Of a stretch of DNA of 64,000 nucleotides, positions 48,631-61,276 are shown piece after piece (the first letter of the stretch is position 1; each line of letters opens with the position of its first letter). Source of the DNA: Camelus ferus (taxonomy: Eukaryota); assembly GCF_009834535.1 (NCBI RefSeq), contig NC_045705.1, positions 30,876,001 through 30,940,000 on the forward strand. The letters are read 5' to 3'. The notes beneath the pieces are model-generated. The model saw only the letters and a program-made list of their open reading frames with translations, was not told where the DNA came from and did no database searches. Made by a program: the position numbers and the translations under genes.

Positions 48631-49014
48631 GTGAGCCCCAAGCCCCAGGGCCTACACAGGTCAGCCTCTGTGTGGTGGTGCCAGGGCCTGGAGGCCCAGG
48701 TTCTGGAGTCAAGCCCTGAAAAGAGGATCTCTTGCCTTTCCTGGGAGCTCTGGGAGGCTGGGCCAGCTTGTTTGGAAGGATCTGGGGAGTGATGGCATCA
48801 GCTCCTGCCGTGGCTGGTTCCCATAGACTGACAGTGACACCAGGGTTGGAGGCAGAGGGTCGAGTTTGGGGGCACCCAGCTGATCAAGCAGCAAAGTCTA
48901 GTCAGATAAAAGGGGTGTTCTCCGTCTGTTTCTCCATCTCTCACTCCCCTTCTGTCTACCCTGGCTGAGTGGGGGGCATCTAATGTCACCTCTCCCTCCT
49001 TCTCCTGGCCCTAG

Positions 49015-49119
49015 GCCCCCAGCAAAGACCCCGCAGCTGCTGCCGCGCTCAGTGGAGGCCACTATCTGGCCCAGCCGGCTGCAGAGCCCGGCCTGAGCGC
49101 CATGGTCCGGAGCATCAAA
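49015..49119 (+). CDS. SLC39A13: SLC39A13 exon 5 (105 nt; cytoplasmic loop)
   Basis: APSKDPAAAAALSGGHYLAQPAAEPGLSAMVRSIK; tag/gtgagt. Confidence 0.95.
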
Positions 49120-49230
49120 GTGAGTGGCCCTCTCAGGGCCCCCTCCTCCTGCAGCCGCCCCACCCCGAGTGGCTGGCCCAGCTCAGCCCTGACTGCCTGG
49201 CTCAGCCCAGCTTTCTCTCCCCTCATGCAG

Positions 49231-49320
49231 GTCAGTGGCTATCTCAACCTGCTGGCCAACACCATAGACAACTTCACTCACGGGCTGGCTGTGGCTGCCA
49301 GCTTCCTAGTGAGCAAGAAG
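49231..49320 (+). CDS. SLC39A13: SLC39A13 exon 6 (90 nt; TM4)
   Basis: VSGYLNLLANTIDNFTHGLAVAASFLVSKK; cag/gtgagt. Confidence 0.98.
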
Positions 49321-50057
49321 GTGAGTGGGGTTGAGGCGAGTGGGGTCCAGGCCATTCCAGTGGGAATGAGGGGGCGTGTGTTAGCCAGTTGGCTCTGCCT
49401 CCAGAATAGCTCCCCAGTCCATCTGCTTCTTGCTCCCTCCATCACAAGGCCCTCACCTAAGCCACAGTCCTCCGTGCTGCTCTCCTGAACCACTGGTCTA
49501 TTCTTCCTGCTCCTTGTTGCAGTCATAGGCCTCTGCCAGGCCCCTGCCTGCTTCTAGATTCTTGTCCCTCCACCCCCCTCTCTCTGCCCTCTGTGCTTTT
49601 GCCCCAAGGTCTGCCTGCTCTTGAACTGGCCAAGCTCCTTCTCCCCTCATGGCCTCTACCTCACTGTTAGCTCTACTTGGAATGTTCTTTCTCCCACTCT
49701 TCAAACTGCTGGCTCTTCATCCTTCAGGGCTCAACTAAAATGCACTTCCTCCAAGAGGCCTTTGCTGATCTAAATTAGGCCCTTCGTGCCCTGGCACCCA
49801 GTCCACCTTTCCCCCATAGCACCTGTCATGGTGTGTAATCACATGGTTCTTTGTGTGTTTACTCAACCCTTGCCTCTCCCATCCAGCCTGTTGGCTTCTT
49901 GAGGGCAGGTTCCTTGTCAGTTTCATTTGCTGATGTATTTCTAGTAGCCAAATGGTACCCAGCCAGGGCGCTCAGAGCAGAGCAAACATTTGTAGAGTGA
50001 GTGGACAGGTGGGTGCCCTCGCCCTCAGCACAGACCCCACGGCCCGCCTCCCTACAG

Positions 50058-50108
50058 ATCGGGCTGCTGACCACCATGGCCATCCTCCTGCATGAGATCC
50101 CCCATGAG
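50058..50108 (+). CDS. SLC39A13: SLC39A13 exon 7 (51 nt; TM5 HEXPHE motif)
   Basis: IGLLTTMAILLHEIPHE, the LIV-1 subfamily signature; cag/gtgagt. Confidence 0.98.
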
Positions 50109-50425
50109 GTGAGTGCCAGAGGGTTCCCAAGATCAGCCTGTGGGCGTGGAGCTGGTGAAGGGGTTTGGGGTGGGACTGCTCGGCAATGGTAGGCTGGGGG
50201 TGCTGGACCATGGAGGCCTGGAGTTGCTCAGCCTGCCAGGCTGCAGCCACCATCCCAGCCGTGCTCCAATGCCCTGGAGACTAAGGGCTCAGCTGAGGGG
50301 ATGTGGGCTGAGGGGTCCCAGCCGTGTGGCTGGTGCAGGGGGCTCAGTGTGCATGTCCATACCTGAGGTGCTCAGGGGATCTGGCCCCACTGGGGCCCAG
50401 AGTGATCATCCGGACCTCCCCTCAG

Positions 50426-50558
50426 GTGGGCGACTTTGCCATCCTGCTCCGGGCCGGCTTTGACCGATGGAGCGCAGCCAAGCTGCAGCTCTCGACGGCA
50501 TTGGGGGGCCTGCTGGGCGCCTGCTTCGCCATCTGTACGCAGTCCCCCAAGGGAGTAG
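50426..50558 (+). CDS. SLC39A13: SLC39A13 exon 8 (133 nt)
   Basis: VGDFAILLRAGFDRWSAAKLQLSTALGGLLGACFAICTQSPKGV; cag/gtacgg. Confidence 0.97.
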
Positions 50559-50717
50559 GTACGGGCGTGGTGGGTGGTGGCGGCAGGTGGCGGTCAGCAG
50601 AAGGGCCCCAGCCAAAGGGCACAGCTGCCCTGCCCCTGGTATCTAGCTGAGTTCTGCCCTGAGTCCACTCTATGGGAGGGGGTGTGGTACACGTGGCTCC
50701 CCTGGACTCCCAGCCAG

Positions 50718-50838
50718 TCAGGGCTTCTCCTCCTGCAGAGGAGACTGTGGCCTGGATGCTGCCCTTCACCTCTGGCGGCTTTCTCTACATTGCCCTGGTG
50801 AACGTGCTGCCCGACCTACTGGAGGAAGATGACCCGTG
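50718..50838 (+). CDS. SLC39A13: SLC39A13 exon 9 (121 nt long form; 100 nt short form from 50739)
   Basis: (RASPPA)[33 protein letters not shown]; two in-frame AG acceptors; donor gtgagc. Confidence 0.93.
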
Positions 50839-50930
50839 GTGAGCTACCCACTGGGAATGCCATTTGCAGGGCCTCTGCCCCTCCCTCTCAGCCAGTGCCA
50901 CCCTCTGAGCCCCAGCCCCTCTCCCCACAG

Positions 50931-51006
50931 GCGCTCCCTGCAGCAGGTGCTTCTGCTCTGCATGGGCATCGTGGTGATGGTGCTGTTCTCACTCTTCGTC
51001 GAGTAA
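50931..51006 (+). CDS. SLC39A13: SLC39A13 exon 10 coding part (76 nt, TAA stop)
   Basis: RSLQQVLLLCMGIVVMVLFSLFVE-stop; total CDS 1116 nt (371 aa) or 1095 nt (364 aa). Confidence 0.97.
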
Positions 51007-51111
51007 CCGTCCCTGACTTCCCACCCCCTGCAAGCAATAAGAGACTCGGATTCACTCTGACCGTGTGTGTGAGGCAGAGAGTGAACGAGCCTCCGACCAG
51101 ACAAGAGGATG

Positions 51112-51132
51112 GTGTGTGTGTGTGTGTGTGTG
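51112..51132. repeat. (GT)n microsatellite in SLC39A13 3' UTR
   Basis: About 10 GT units. Confidence 0.9.
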
Positions 51133-52153
51133 GTGTACACAGGTGACCAGAGGTGTGTGCGAGACCGACACTGTGATCCCTCGTGTGCTGGGCCCAGGGC
51201 CCAATGCCTGGGCCTGCCCCTAGCCACACTGTGGTCTTCTCTCCTTGCCACCCTGTTATCTTCCACCTCCTGGAGTCAGCAGTGAGGAATGGGAGCACTG
51301 GTCCCAAGCAGGGGCCTCTCCAACCTAGGACCCCAAGAAGAGTAAGAGCAGCTCAAGGAGCCCAGGGCTGCAGGGAGCCCCAAAGCTGTCTCCTACTGGG
51401 GCCTCATGGGTCCCTGGCCCGAGGGAGTAAACCCCTCTGCGGACACACCCAGCCCTAGGCAGCCAGGAACCAAGGCTGGGCACCTTCTCTGCTGTGTCCA
51501 GTGTCCCGGCCCTTCAGCAGCTCCAAGGCCAAAGGAAGGAGAGGCAGGTGCTCATGTGGCCCCAGCCCCCCTCAGCACTGACAGTCCTACCGTCTCCACA
51601 CACAGCTGGGAGATGCTTTCTAAGACCTTCTCCACGTGGCTGCATGCCCTGGGCTAGCTCCTGTTCCCCCAGTGACTGCTCCCTGGCGGTGCCAGCAGCT
51701 CTTGCCACCTCCAGCTGCCAAACAGCAGCCTGCAGGGCAGCAAGCAGCCCAGGGCCAGAGAGGCCTCCCAGTCAGCTCAGGGATGCTCATGCCGGCACAG
51801 GGTCCAGGCAGACACTCTGGGGGCAGGAAGAGAGTGAGCTGTGGCCGCCCCTCCCAGCTCGGGCCCCTTTTCCTGTCCCATTTCGGGTGGGGTTAGGTGG
51901 GGGTGGCGAGGGCTCCACGTTGTCAGCACTCAGGAATGTGCTCTGGGAGAATGCTGAAGCCATAATCCCCAGCTATTTCCCTTGGCTGACGCCCAGGTAC
52001 TCAGCTGGCCCACTCCACAGCCAGGCTCCAGCCCTGCTGCTCGACCGTGGGCGTCCGGAGAAGTAGCCATCGAGAGGGTCTGAATGGTTTTTACAGCAGT
52101 TCTGCTGTGGTTCCGTTTCTATCTGTAAATACCTGTTCTATAGATGAGATACA

Positions 52154-52159
52154 AATAAA
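52154..52159 (+). terminator. SLC39A13: Probable SLC39A13 polyadenylation signal AATAAA
   Basis: Canonical hexamer ~1.15 kb after the stop. Confidence 0.7.
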
Positions 52160-54387
52160 TATACACAAACTGGCTGCCTCTGTTCTGTGCAAGAGAGCCC
52201 ATGGTCAAGCAGGGCTTTTCCCGGCGCCCCATGCTCCAGCCAGGTTGGCTGCTCTGCGGGCCTAGCTCCTGCAGGCCGCCCAGCTGCCTCCGCCACCATC
52301 CCCTTTCCAGCCCTTGTTTTGTCTCTGAACTTTTGGGGTGTTTCTCAGAACAGGGTATACATTTCCTGTTCCCCTGGCTTGTTTTGTTAGCTTTTTATAC
52401 CAATAATACAAGCCTGGCTATAGGCCGTTAAAGCCCATGTCACCCCCAAGGGTGGTGTCCTCATTTTATAGACCTTCGAACCCAGGGCTTTTTCCCGGCG
52501 TGTCCCAAGTAACTTAACCACGAAGGGAGCTCCATCCACAGTCATTTCCAGGTCTGGCCTCCATTAAATTAAGTTATTTTTCATTAAAAAGAAAAAAGGA
52601 AAAATGAGACCTTAATTCTAAATCATACCCTCACTTCTAGTGAATATGCTGAGTGTAAAGCCAGCATCAGGCACTGGGGGGAGCTGCCTCCCCAGTGCCA
52701 CTGGGAGAACAGTGCAGTCTGGGGTTTTCCTCTACCTTCAGTAAGCTGCTGGCGGAGAGCACGGCTGCCCCACATCAGAGGCTGGCACAGGCTGTGAAAC
52801 CCAAACTGGCTGCACCCTCAGCTGAGAGTGCCTGGCTCTGACTTGGCATCCTCAGCTAAAGGGACCTGCTTCACCCAGTTGTGACATACATACTAAGGAC
52901 CAAAAAGCAAGGAAGGAACCCAGGGCTGTCCCGCCAGCCCCCACCCTCCCATCGGCAGGCACTGGAGCTCCTAGCCTGTCATGTCCCTGCTGGGTGGCAG
53001 ATGCACGTGCAGTCTTCGCACGCAGCCCACTGAGGGAGGCCATGGAGTCCCACTTACAGGTGTTGACACCAAGGTAGGGGGTGAAGGCGGTGGCTGCATT
53101 CACTCGGGTGCCCTGGCCGGGGCAAGGGACAGGGAGGGGGGGATGCTGGAGTTGGGGAAGCTGAGCCCAGGACAGGGACAGAACCAGCACACTTCAGAGG
53201 CCGTGCTGGGGTTCCCAGGGTGGGGGGAGTCAGTGGGATCACCAAGGAGAGCACAATGGGGGTGCACCCAGACACTCAGGATGGCAGCTTAGAATCTAAG
53301 GCTAGCCTGGAGGCATTGGGACCAGAAGGAGGGGAACTCCAGATGGCAGCCAGTGGTTCTGTGACTGAGCATGTCCTCTCGGGGGAGGTGACAGGAAGAG
53401 GACAGTAAAGTGCTTTTGCTGGAGGGGAAGTGCGAACTGATGGAGAGTTCTGAAGGGCTGCTGCTTTGAAAGGCCATTCAGGGGGCGGTCACAGCTACTG
53501 AAGACAGCACAACTAGATTTTATTCACAGTCCTGGGTCTGAATCCTAGTTATGCCACCTAAGAGTTATGCAGTCTCGGCCCAGTTGCTCAAATGCATCTA
53601 TAAATTGAGGCCAGCCTACTGGCGGTTATTGAGATTAACTAGATAAAATTATGCACAAGACCCACATAGCATGTGGCCCAGGGTGAGCCCTCCATGAACG
53701 GTGAACCACACTAGGTCAGGTCCCAGGTGGGGGAGCTGGAAGGCTGGTAGACAGAAGACTGGCAAGATCCTAAAGGAAACTGACAGGATATGGGGCCCAA
53801 CAGGGAGGGGCGCTGATGGCAGAATGGAGGGGTGGGGTGGAGAACACAGCATGACCAGTAGTGAGGCCTAGAAGGGCTCTCAGAGTGGATCTTGCTCAAG
53901 GTTTCACTTTCAGCCAGAGGAAACGGGCCCTCAGCGCTAAAAGCGATGTGCAGAGAAACAGGAGGCTTGGGGGCCAGGAAACAAGGGAGCAAAGACCCAG
54001 AGCCTGGCTTTATAAGGAAGTTAGGCCAAGAGCCAGAGAACCAAGATTCAAAAAGAAGGGAAAGACTAATGTGGCTTCTTTTAGGCCCCTCATTCTAGAG
54101 CAGTGTAGCCACGGGCCTCAAAAGCTCAGAGAGGTGGGGCAGTGAGTTTGGAGAGAGAGGGGTCTGGAGGGACATGGTGGGGGAGGCCAGAAGACCCCGA
54201 GGAGCAGCTGTAGCAGACACCCAGCCCTCCCAGAAGGCCTCACCCTGACAACTGGTTTGAGGTCCATGGATGTCTCTGGTTTCCAGGCAGCACCACTTGG
54301 GGAAGGAGCCTCCTGCATATGCCCCCACTCTCCTACCCAGAGCCCAGGGAAGGCGGGACAGACTGTGGCAGGAACCCGAAACCATCC

Positions 54388-54393
54388 TTTATT
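54388..54393 (-). terminator. PSMC3: PSMC3 polyadenylation signal AATAAA
   Basis: About 50 nt after the TAG stop. Confidence 0.85.
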
Positions 54394-54443
54394 ACGAATT
54401 TTAACCAGCAGGAGACCAGGGAGCAGGTGTGACGGGCAGCCTC

Positions 54444-54641
<198 letters not shown>

Positions 54642-54725
54642 TCAGCAGCCTCCACCAGCCAGATGCCCTCATCCTGTCCAGGGAAGGGGGCATGAAACAC
54701 CCACCCACCTCAGCCCACCACTCAC

Positions 54726-54807
54726 CGCCTCCACACACACAGCCTTGCACTGGGCCCCGTTGAAGTCGTCCGTACAGCGGGCCAGCTCCTCATAGTTCAC
54801 ATCAGGA
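54726..54807 (-). CDS. PSMC3: PSMC3 exon 11 (82 nt)
   Basis: [27 protein letters not shown]; cag/gtgagt. Confidence 0.98.
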
Positions 54808-55656
54808 CTGAGGAGTGGGGAGACCATGCAGGACTCAGTTACTTATGGGGAGTGGGTGGGAGGAGCAGATTTCTTCCCACATGCCCCCATCAAGCAGCAA
54901 GGTCAACCTGCTGTGATCAAAGGCAAGTCCCTTCCCCACTGTGCCTTGTTCTCTTCTCTGGACAAGATGGGGAGAGGAAGGGAGGTAGGTCAAAGCAGGT
55001 TAGACCAGGTTATTTCTAGTGTCTCTTGAACTCCAGCCTGCTAGAAATCTGCACCTGAGAATCCTGGGATGGATTCAGCCTGAGGTGGGGGAGCAGGAGG
55101 TTGTGGAGACAAGACAGCCCCCAGTCCGGCTCCCAAGCAGCACAGGCCCTGCATCAGCACAGCGCTGCTGCCGCCACTTACTGATCTCGTGCCAAGCATC
55201 GCACTTGATGTTGCCACAACCCCATGAGGTTGGAGCCCTTATCCCCAAGTCCCAGAAAAGAAAACCGAGGCTTAGACACCACCTGCTGACAGTCACACAG
55301 ATCTGAACCCAGGTCCATCTGGCCCCTGGCAGGATTCCCCTGGGCCATGTTGGGCTGTGCTCATCTGCTGGGGCAGGGGAGGCCAGGAAACTTGAGGGCC
55401 TCCAGCCTGCATGCCTATAATCATAGAGGAGGATATGTGTGTATGTGTCAGCGGGAAGGTGAGCAGGTGGACTCTAAGGAGCAGAGCACCTAGAATTATA
55501 GCCTGGGCCCCAGCAAGGTGCTATGTCAGGCACCTGGGGAGAAATGGATGCCGGCACATGGAACTGCGCTGTGAATGAGACATGGAAGGCGGAGGCCTGG
55601 GGAAGCTCAGCACAAGGAGGACAGAGGCGGCTCTGCTGCTGCGCCTGCAGGTCTCA

Positions 55657-55983
<327 letters not shown>

Positions 55984-56055
55984 CTAGATGACAGAGAAGA
56001 ACCCTCAATCTCTAAGCCCCGTGTTCTTCATCTGTGAAGTGATGGCAATACTCAC

Positions 56056-56152
56056 CTTTACTTGAGTGTTGGGCTGGAACCCATCCAGCTGGTTCAGAAG
56101 CTCCAGCATCGTCCTCTGCACCTCTCGGTCACCAGCCTTCTCACTGTCAAAG
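56056..56152 (-). CDS. PSMC3: PSMC3 exon 9 (97 nt)
   Basis: [32 protein letters not shown]; cag/gtgagt. Confidence 0.98.
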
Positions 56153-57032
56153 CTGGGGCACACAGGAGGCCCGAGACACTGGTGAGGCCATGGCTCGGGA
56201 AGAGCCCTCCCTCCACTACCAGAAGCCCAACCCAACCCAATCCATGCAGGGCAGGGAAAAGGCTCACTCAGCCTGGGACCCCCAGCCCAGGGTCTAGCAC
56301 AGAAATGGTGTCAGACTGGACAGACTCCGGGGATCAGGTGGCGGGCTGAGGATAAAACCGTGAGCAAAACCCTGGTAGTGCCTGGCCTATCCCCACTGAG
56401 GAACCTGCCGTACAAACTGAGCTAAAGCTTAGAAATACAGAGATCTGGCCCAGACTTGGCACGTAAGGGGGAGCTCAAGCAGATGTCCTTGAGGAGGTGT
56501 CCCTCAAGCTGAAATCTGAAGGCTGAAAACACATCAGCTGGCCAACCAACCAATGGAGAACAGAGAAAAAGGAAAAGCACATTGCAGAGAAGAAACAGCA
56601 GGTGCAAAATCCCTCCCACCAGAGTGGGCCTGCAAACTGAGGGGATGCTGTGGAGGGAGCCCAGGGGGAGGGGGGAGGTTAGGGCAGGGATAGGATGAAG
56701 CTGGAGGGGAAAAGGGCAGACACATGGGGGCCTGTAGGCCACGGCAAGCCCAGTATCTATCCCAAAGAGCTATGGGGAGGCCCAGGAGGGGAAAGCAGGA
56801 TCTGTTTGAGGGACTATGAGGGCAGGTGAGTAAAGTTTTAAAGGGAACATGTTGGCAGTTGTAAGGAAAATGGATGGTCAGGAGAAAGAAATGAAGCAGG
56901 GAGCTAATTCGAAGATAATTTAAGAAGTAGAACCACAAGAATAGAGCTGCCACCATCCCAGTGGGAGAAGGGACCAGGGTGGGAGAGGTGGAATTTAGAA
57001 CAACCCCCTCGATGGCACTCAGCACCCCCTTA

Positions 57033-57499
<467 letters not shown>

Positions 57500-57758
57500 C
57501 TATAGCCCAATCCTGAATGGCTTCAACCCCTATCTGCAACCCTCCTACTCCAATCCAGGGACACTGCCCTCTCCTTCCTCCAGCGACACAGAATGCTTGC
57601 TCCCACCAAGTCTGGCTATGGACTCCCCAGGAACAGCAAGATTTTGGGGAAAGACACTGGGCTAAAAAACAAGGAGCCAGAGTTCCAGTCCTGGCTCTGG
57701 CCCTAACCTTCCATGATCCTGGGCAAGTGATTCAATCTCTCCAGATCTCAGTCTCCTA

Positions 57759-58193
<435 letters not shown>

Positions 58194-58255
58194 TCAAGAT
58201 CAACAGTGACCTGAGCCTAGGGCAGGGGCTCAGCCAGGCAGTGGGAGAAAGCTCA

Positions 58256-58584
<329 letters not shown>

Positions 58585-58989
58585 TCAGCCTCTTGCACTC
58601 GCCAGAGCCCAATGCTTCTGAGGCCAAGACAATCTCAACACTCAGAGGGCCAGCCATCCCTACCTCACTCCTTGGACTAGCCCTGAGCTCAGCAAAGGTG
58701 TGGTTAATAAGCCAGGAAATTGGTAAGATCTCTGTTCAGGTGTTGCTTCTCTGCAAAGAGCTCATTACCCCCAAGGAAAAAGAACCAGTAGAAAAGGAAA
58801 CGTGTGGCGCTTCCGAGGCCTTTGCAGGCCTTACATATTCCCCTGGAAATGCACACTAGAGAGGAGACCCTAGGTGGTACAGCTCTTACATGCAGTATAG
58901 GCCTCAAAACACCCACCCACTCTTTCCCCAGTGGTCCCATCACAGGCTGTCTCCTCTGACCCCCTCTTCCCCTCCACATACACACACAC

Positions 58990-59115
58990 CTCGATGACGT
59001 TGGAGACCAGGTACGGCAGAGTCTTGTTCACTTTGATTTTCTCACTATTCTCTTTGATCTTGTCCTTCATGGCTTGGAGTTCATGGGTGACTCGCAACAC
59101 TTCACTCTTCATGAT
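58990..59115 (-). CDS. PSMC3: PSMC3 exon 3 (126 nt; coiled coil)
   Basis: [42 protein letters not shown]; cag/gtgtgt. Confidence 0.98.
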
Positions 59116-59717
59116 CTGGGATCAGGGTGAGTGGAAGAGAACGTTCAGCCTTAGCTCAGCTAATCCTAGGGCCTTGTAACTGGTGAGATCCAGGCTGCCC
59201 ACGGGATCCTCCCATGCCCATTCACTCAGCTTGTAGACTTTCTAAATGCTCAGCCTGTGTCCACAGCCAGAAGTCAAAACAGGAGGCCAGTCTAGAAACC
59301 TCCTGGTGAAGTAGTTGTAGTAAAGGGAAAAGAGCAAGACTCTGAGTCAAGCAAATGTATATTTTAGGTTCTGCCTTCTGTTACAGGCTGCGGACTTCAC
59401 CTCAGTAAAAAACCTCCCGGAGCCTCAGTTTCCTCATTTGTAAAATGGGGATTTCTTAAAAGGATTCCCAAGAGAAATGCTTAAAGACCTCCTTGAGAAA
59501 GGTGGTCTGATGATTTTTCCTCTCAGCATGGTCGCCCACCACCCTGTCCCTCTTCTGGTCCCTTTTAAAGCTCTTTTTTTCTCTTCTCCTGGTCCGGGGA
59601 GGAAACCGCGGTCCCCACGCCTCCCCTAGGTAGGCCGAGAACGTGAGGGAGGCAGCTGGGATCACCAGGGCCCGCCGTTGGGGGCTTCACTGCCCGCAAT
59701 AGGGGCTGTGCGCCCAC

Positions 59718-59801
59718 CTTGATTTCACTGTCCAGCAGCCGTGTGCGCTGGATGATCTCTTCTGTGGACATCTTGAGTACCTCCTCCCCGATTCCATCTT
59801 G
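59718..59801 (-). CDS. PSMC3: PSMC3 exon 2 (84 nt)
   Basis: [28 protein letters not shown]; cag/gtgggc. Confidence 0.98.
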
Positions 59802-60080
59802 CTGTTAAAACAAAAATGTTTTTTTTTAAACTCAGGACTGCAAGGTTTCTTTAAACCCAGGGTAGTTAACTGAGAGAGATCCTGTAGCCAGCCGATTCAC
59901 AGCCTCAGTTTCCCCGCCCATAAAGCCAGAGTGGGGGAGTCGGGACCCCTGCCCATACGCCAAGCGGCCGCAACGCTGAGACCTGGCTAGACTTGACCGC
60001 CCCAGCCAGCGTCTCCCCTCCCGCCAAGGGCGTCTCTCCGCTGCCCCGGCTCCAGGACCCCCAGCTCTCCCAGCGCGCAC

Positions 60081-60155
60081 CTCAGCCTCATCCCACACGG
60101 TCGCCATCTTCTCCTGCCGAGTCACTGGACTCTCGAGTTCCGGCGGCAGATTCAT
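60081..60155 (-). CDS. PSMC3: PSMC3 exon 1 coding part (75 nt); 26S proteasome AAA-ATPase Rpt5, 439 aa total
   Basis: MNLPPELESPVTRQEKMATVWDEAE; donor gtgcgc; the 12 exons sum to 1320 nt. Confidence 0.96.
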
Positions 60156-60199
60156 TTCCTGGGGGAGAAGGCCGAAGGTCAGACTGGGCAGGAGCCGGA

Positions 60200-60520
60200 G
60201 CGAGAGATTAATATTTTCTCTCTTAACGCCTGCTCTTGACTAGTGGCAGCCCTTCTTCTCCAAGTCTTGGCTCCTGACGGAATTAGCTGGGGCCGCGCTG
60301 CCAGAGCGAATCTGCTTCTTCAATTCAAAAGACGAATCGCAGGCCATAGGACCCGCCCCCACGGCTCCTGAAACGTTCCCGCCCTTGTGCTGTATTTGCG
60401 AGAGCTAGAGGTGGACGCGCTATTGGCTGGCACGCGCAGTGGGGCGGGGCCTGGATGTAAAACCAGAAGGGGAGGGAGAAAAGGCCAGAGTGCCGAGCGC
60501 CCTTGGGAAATGTAGTCTTA
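60200..60520 (-). promoter_or_regulatory. PSMC3: PSMC3 CpG-island promoter (GC box, CCAAT, ZNF143/THAP11-type motif)
   Basis: ATTGG at ~60422, GGGGCGGGGC at ~60442, and TGGGAAATGTAGT (ACTACATTTCCCA) at 60504-60516; the CpG-rich zone extends to ~59590. Confidence 0.75.
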
Positions 60521-60568
60521 ATCTGGCAGCTAACTGAAATGGCCCTTTTGCAGGGGTCTTTCAACATC

Positions 60569-60714
60569 AGAATCTGGCCCAAGGGGTGGTAGAGTAAATG
60601 CTTAGCATGAACAAAGTCCTGGGTTCAATCCCCAGTACCTCCTCTAAAAAAATTAATAAATAAACCTAATTACCTCCCCCCCCAAAATAAATTAAAAAAA
60701 AAGAATCTGGCCCA
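60569..60714 (+). mobile_element. tRNA-derived SINE with 13-bp TSD, just upstream of the PSMC3 promoter
   Basis: TSD AGAATCTGGCCCA at 60569-60581 and 60702-60714; GGTTCAATCCCCAGTACCTCC B-box; A-rich tail. Confidence 0.92.
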
Positions 60715-60729
60715 GTTAGGAATTCAGGG

Positions 60730-61146
60730 GTTCCCTAAAGTGGATGGGCCTCATCCAATCAGTTGAAAGCCTGAATAGAACAGAAAGGCTTACCGTCCCC
60801 ATAGATGGAGGGAACTCCTTATGCCTGACTGCCTTGAGCTGGGACATGGGTCTTTTCCAGGCTTAGAATTTGAACTGAAACATCACCTCTACTTGTTTCT
60901 TGCACCTGCTGGCTTTCAGACTAGAATTTTCACCATAAGCTCTCTTGGTTCTCAGGCCTTCTGATTCAGACTGAAACTAAGCCATCAGCATTCCTAGGTT
61001 TCTAGCTTGACAATTTACTCTGCAAACCATGGAGGTTTCCCACTTCCATAATTGTATGAGACAATTCCTTATAATAAATCTCTTTACAGGTACATATATG
61101 TATGTCTCCTATTAGATCTACTTCTCTGGAGAACCCTGACAAATAT
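60730..61146 (+). mobile_element. MLT2-like ERVL LTR remnant
   Basis: GGATGGGCCTCATCCAATCAGTTGAAAGCCTGAATAGAACA...AATAAATCTCT...CTCTGGAGAACCCTGAC. Confidence 0.75.
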
Positions 61147-61153
61147 ACTTCTT

Positions 61154-61276
61154 AAAGTCTGTTTTGTTTTTGCTTTTGTTTCTTTAATGGAGGTACTGGG
61201 GATTGAACCCAGGATCTCATGCATGCTAAGCATGCGCTCTACCACTGAGTTATACTCACCCCCACCAAAGTCTGTT
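61154..61276 (-). mobile_element. tRNA-derived SINE with 10-bp TSD
   Basis: TSD AAAGTCTGTT at 61154-61163 and 61267-61276; GGGATTGAACCCAGG...GCATGCTAAGCATGCGCTCTACCACTGAG. Confidence 0.92.

Noticed and set aside
55300-55400. Ortholog of the human PSMC3 deep-intronic cryptic exon in intron 10
   Set aside because: It cannot be located without an alignment, and the region is partly MIR-derived.
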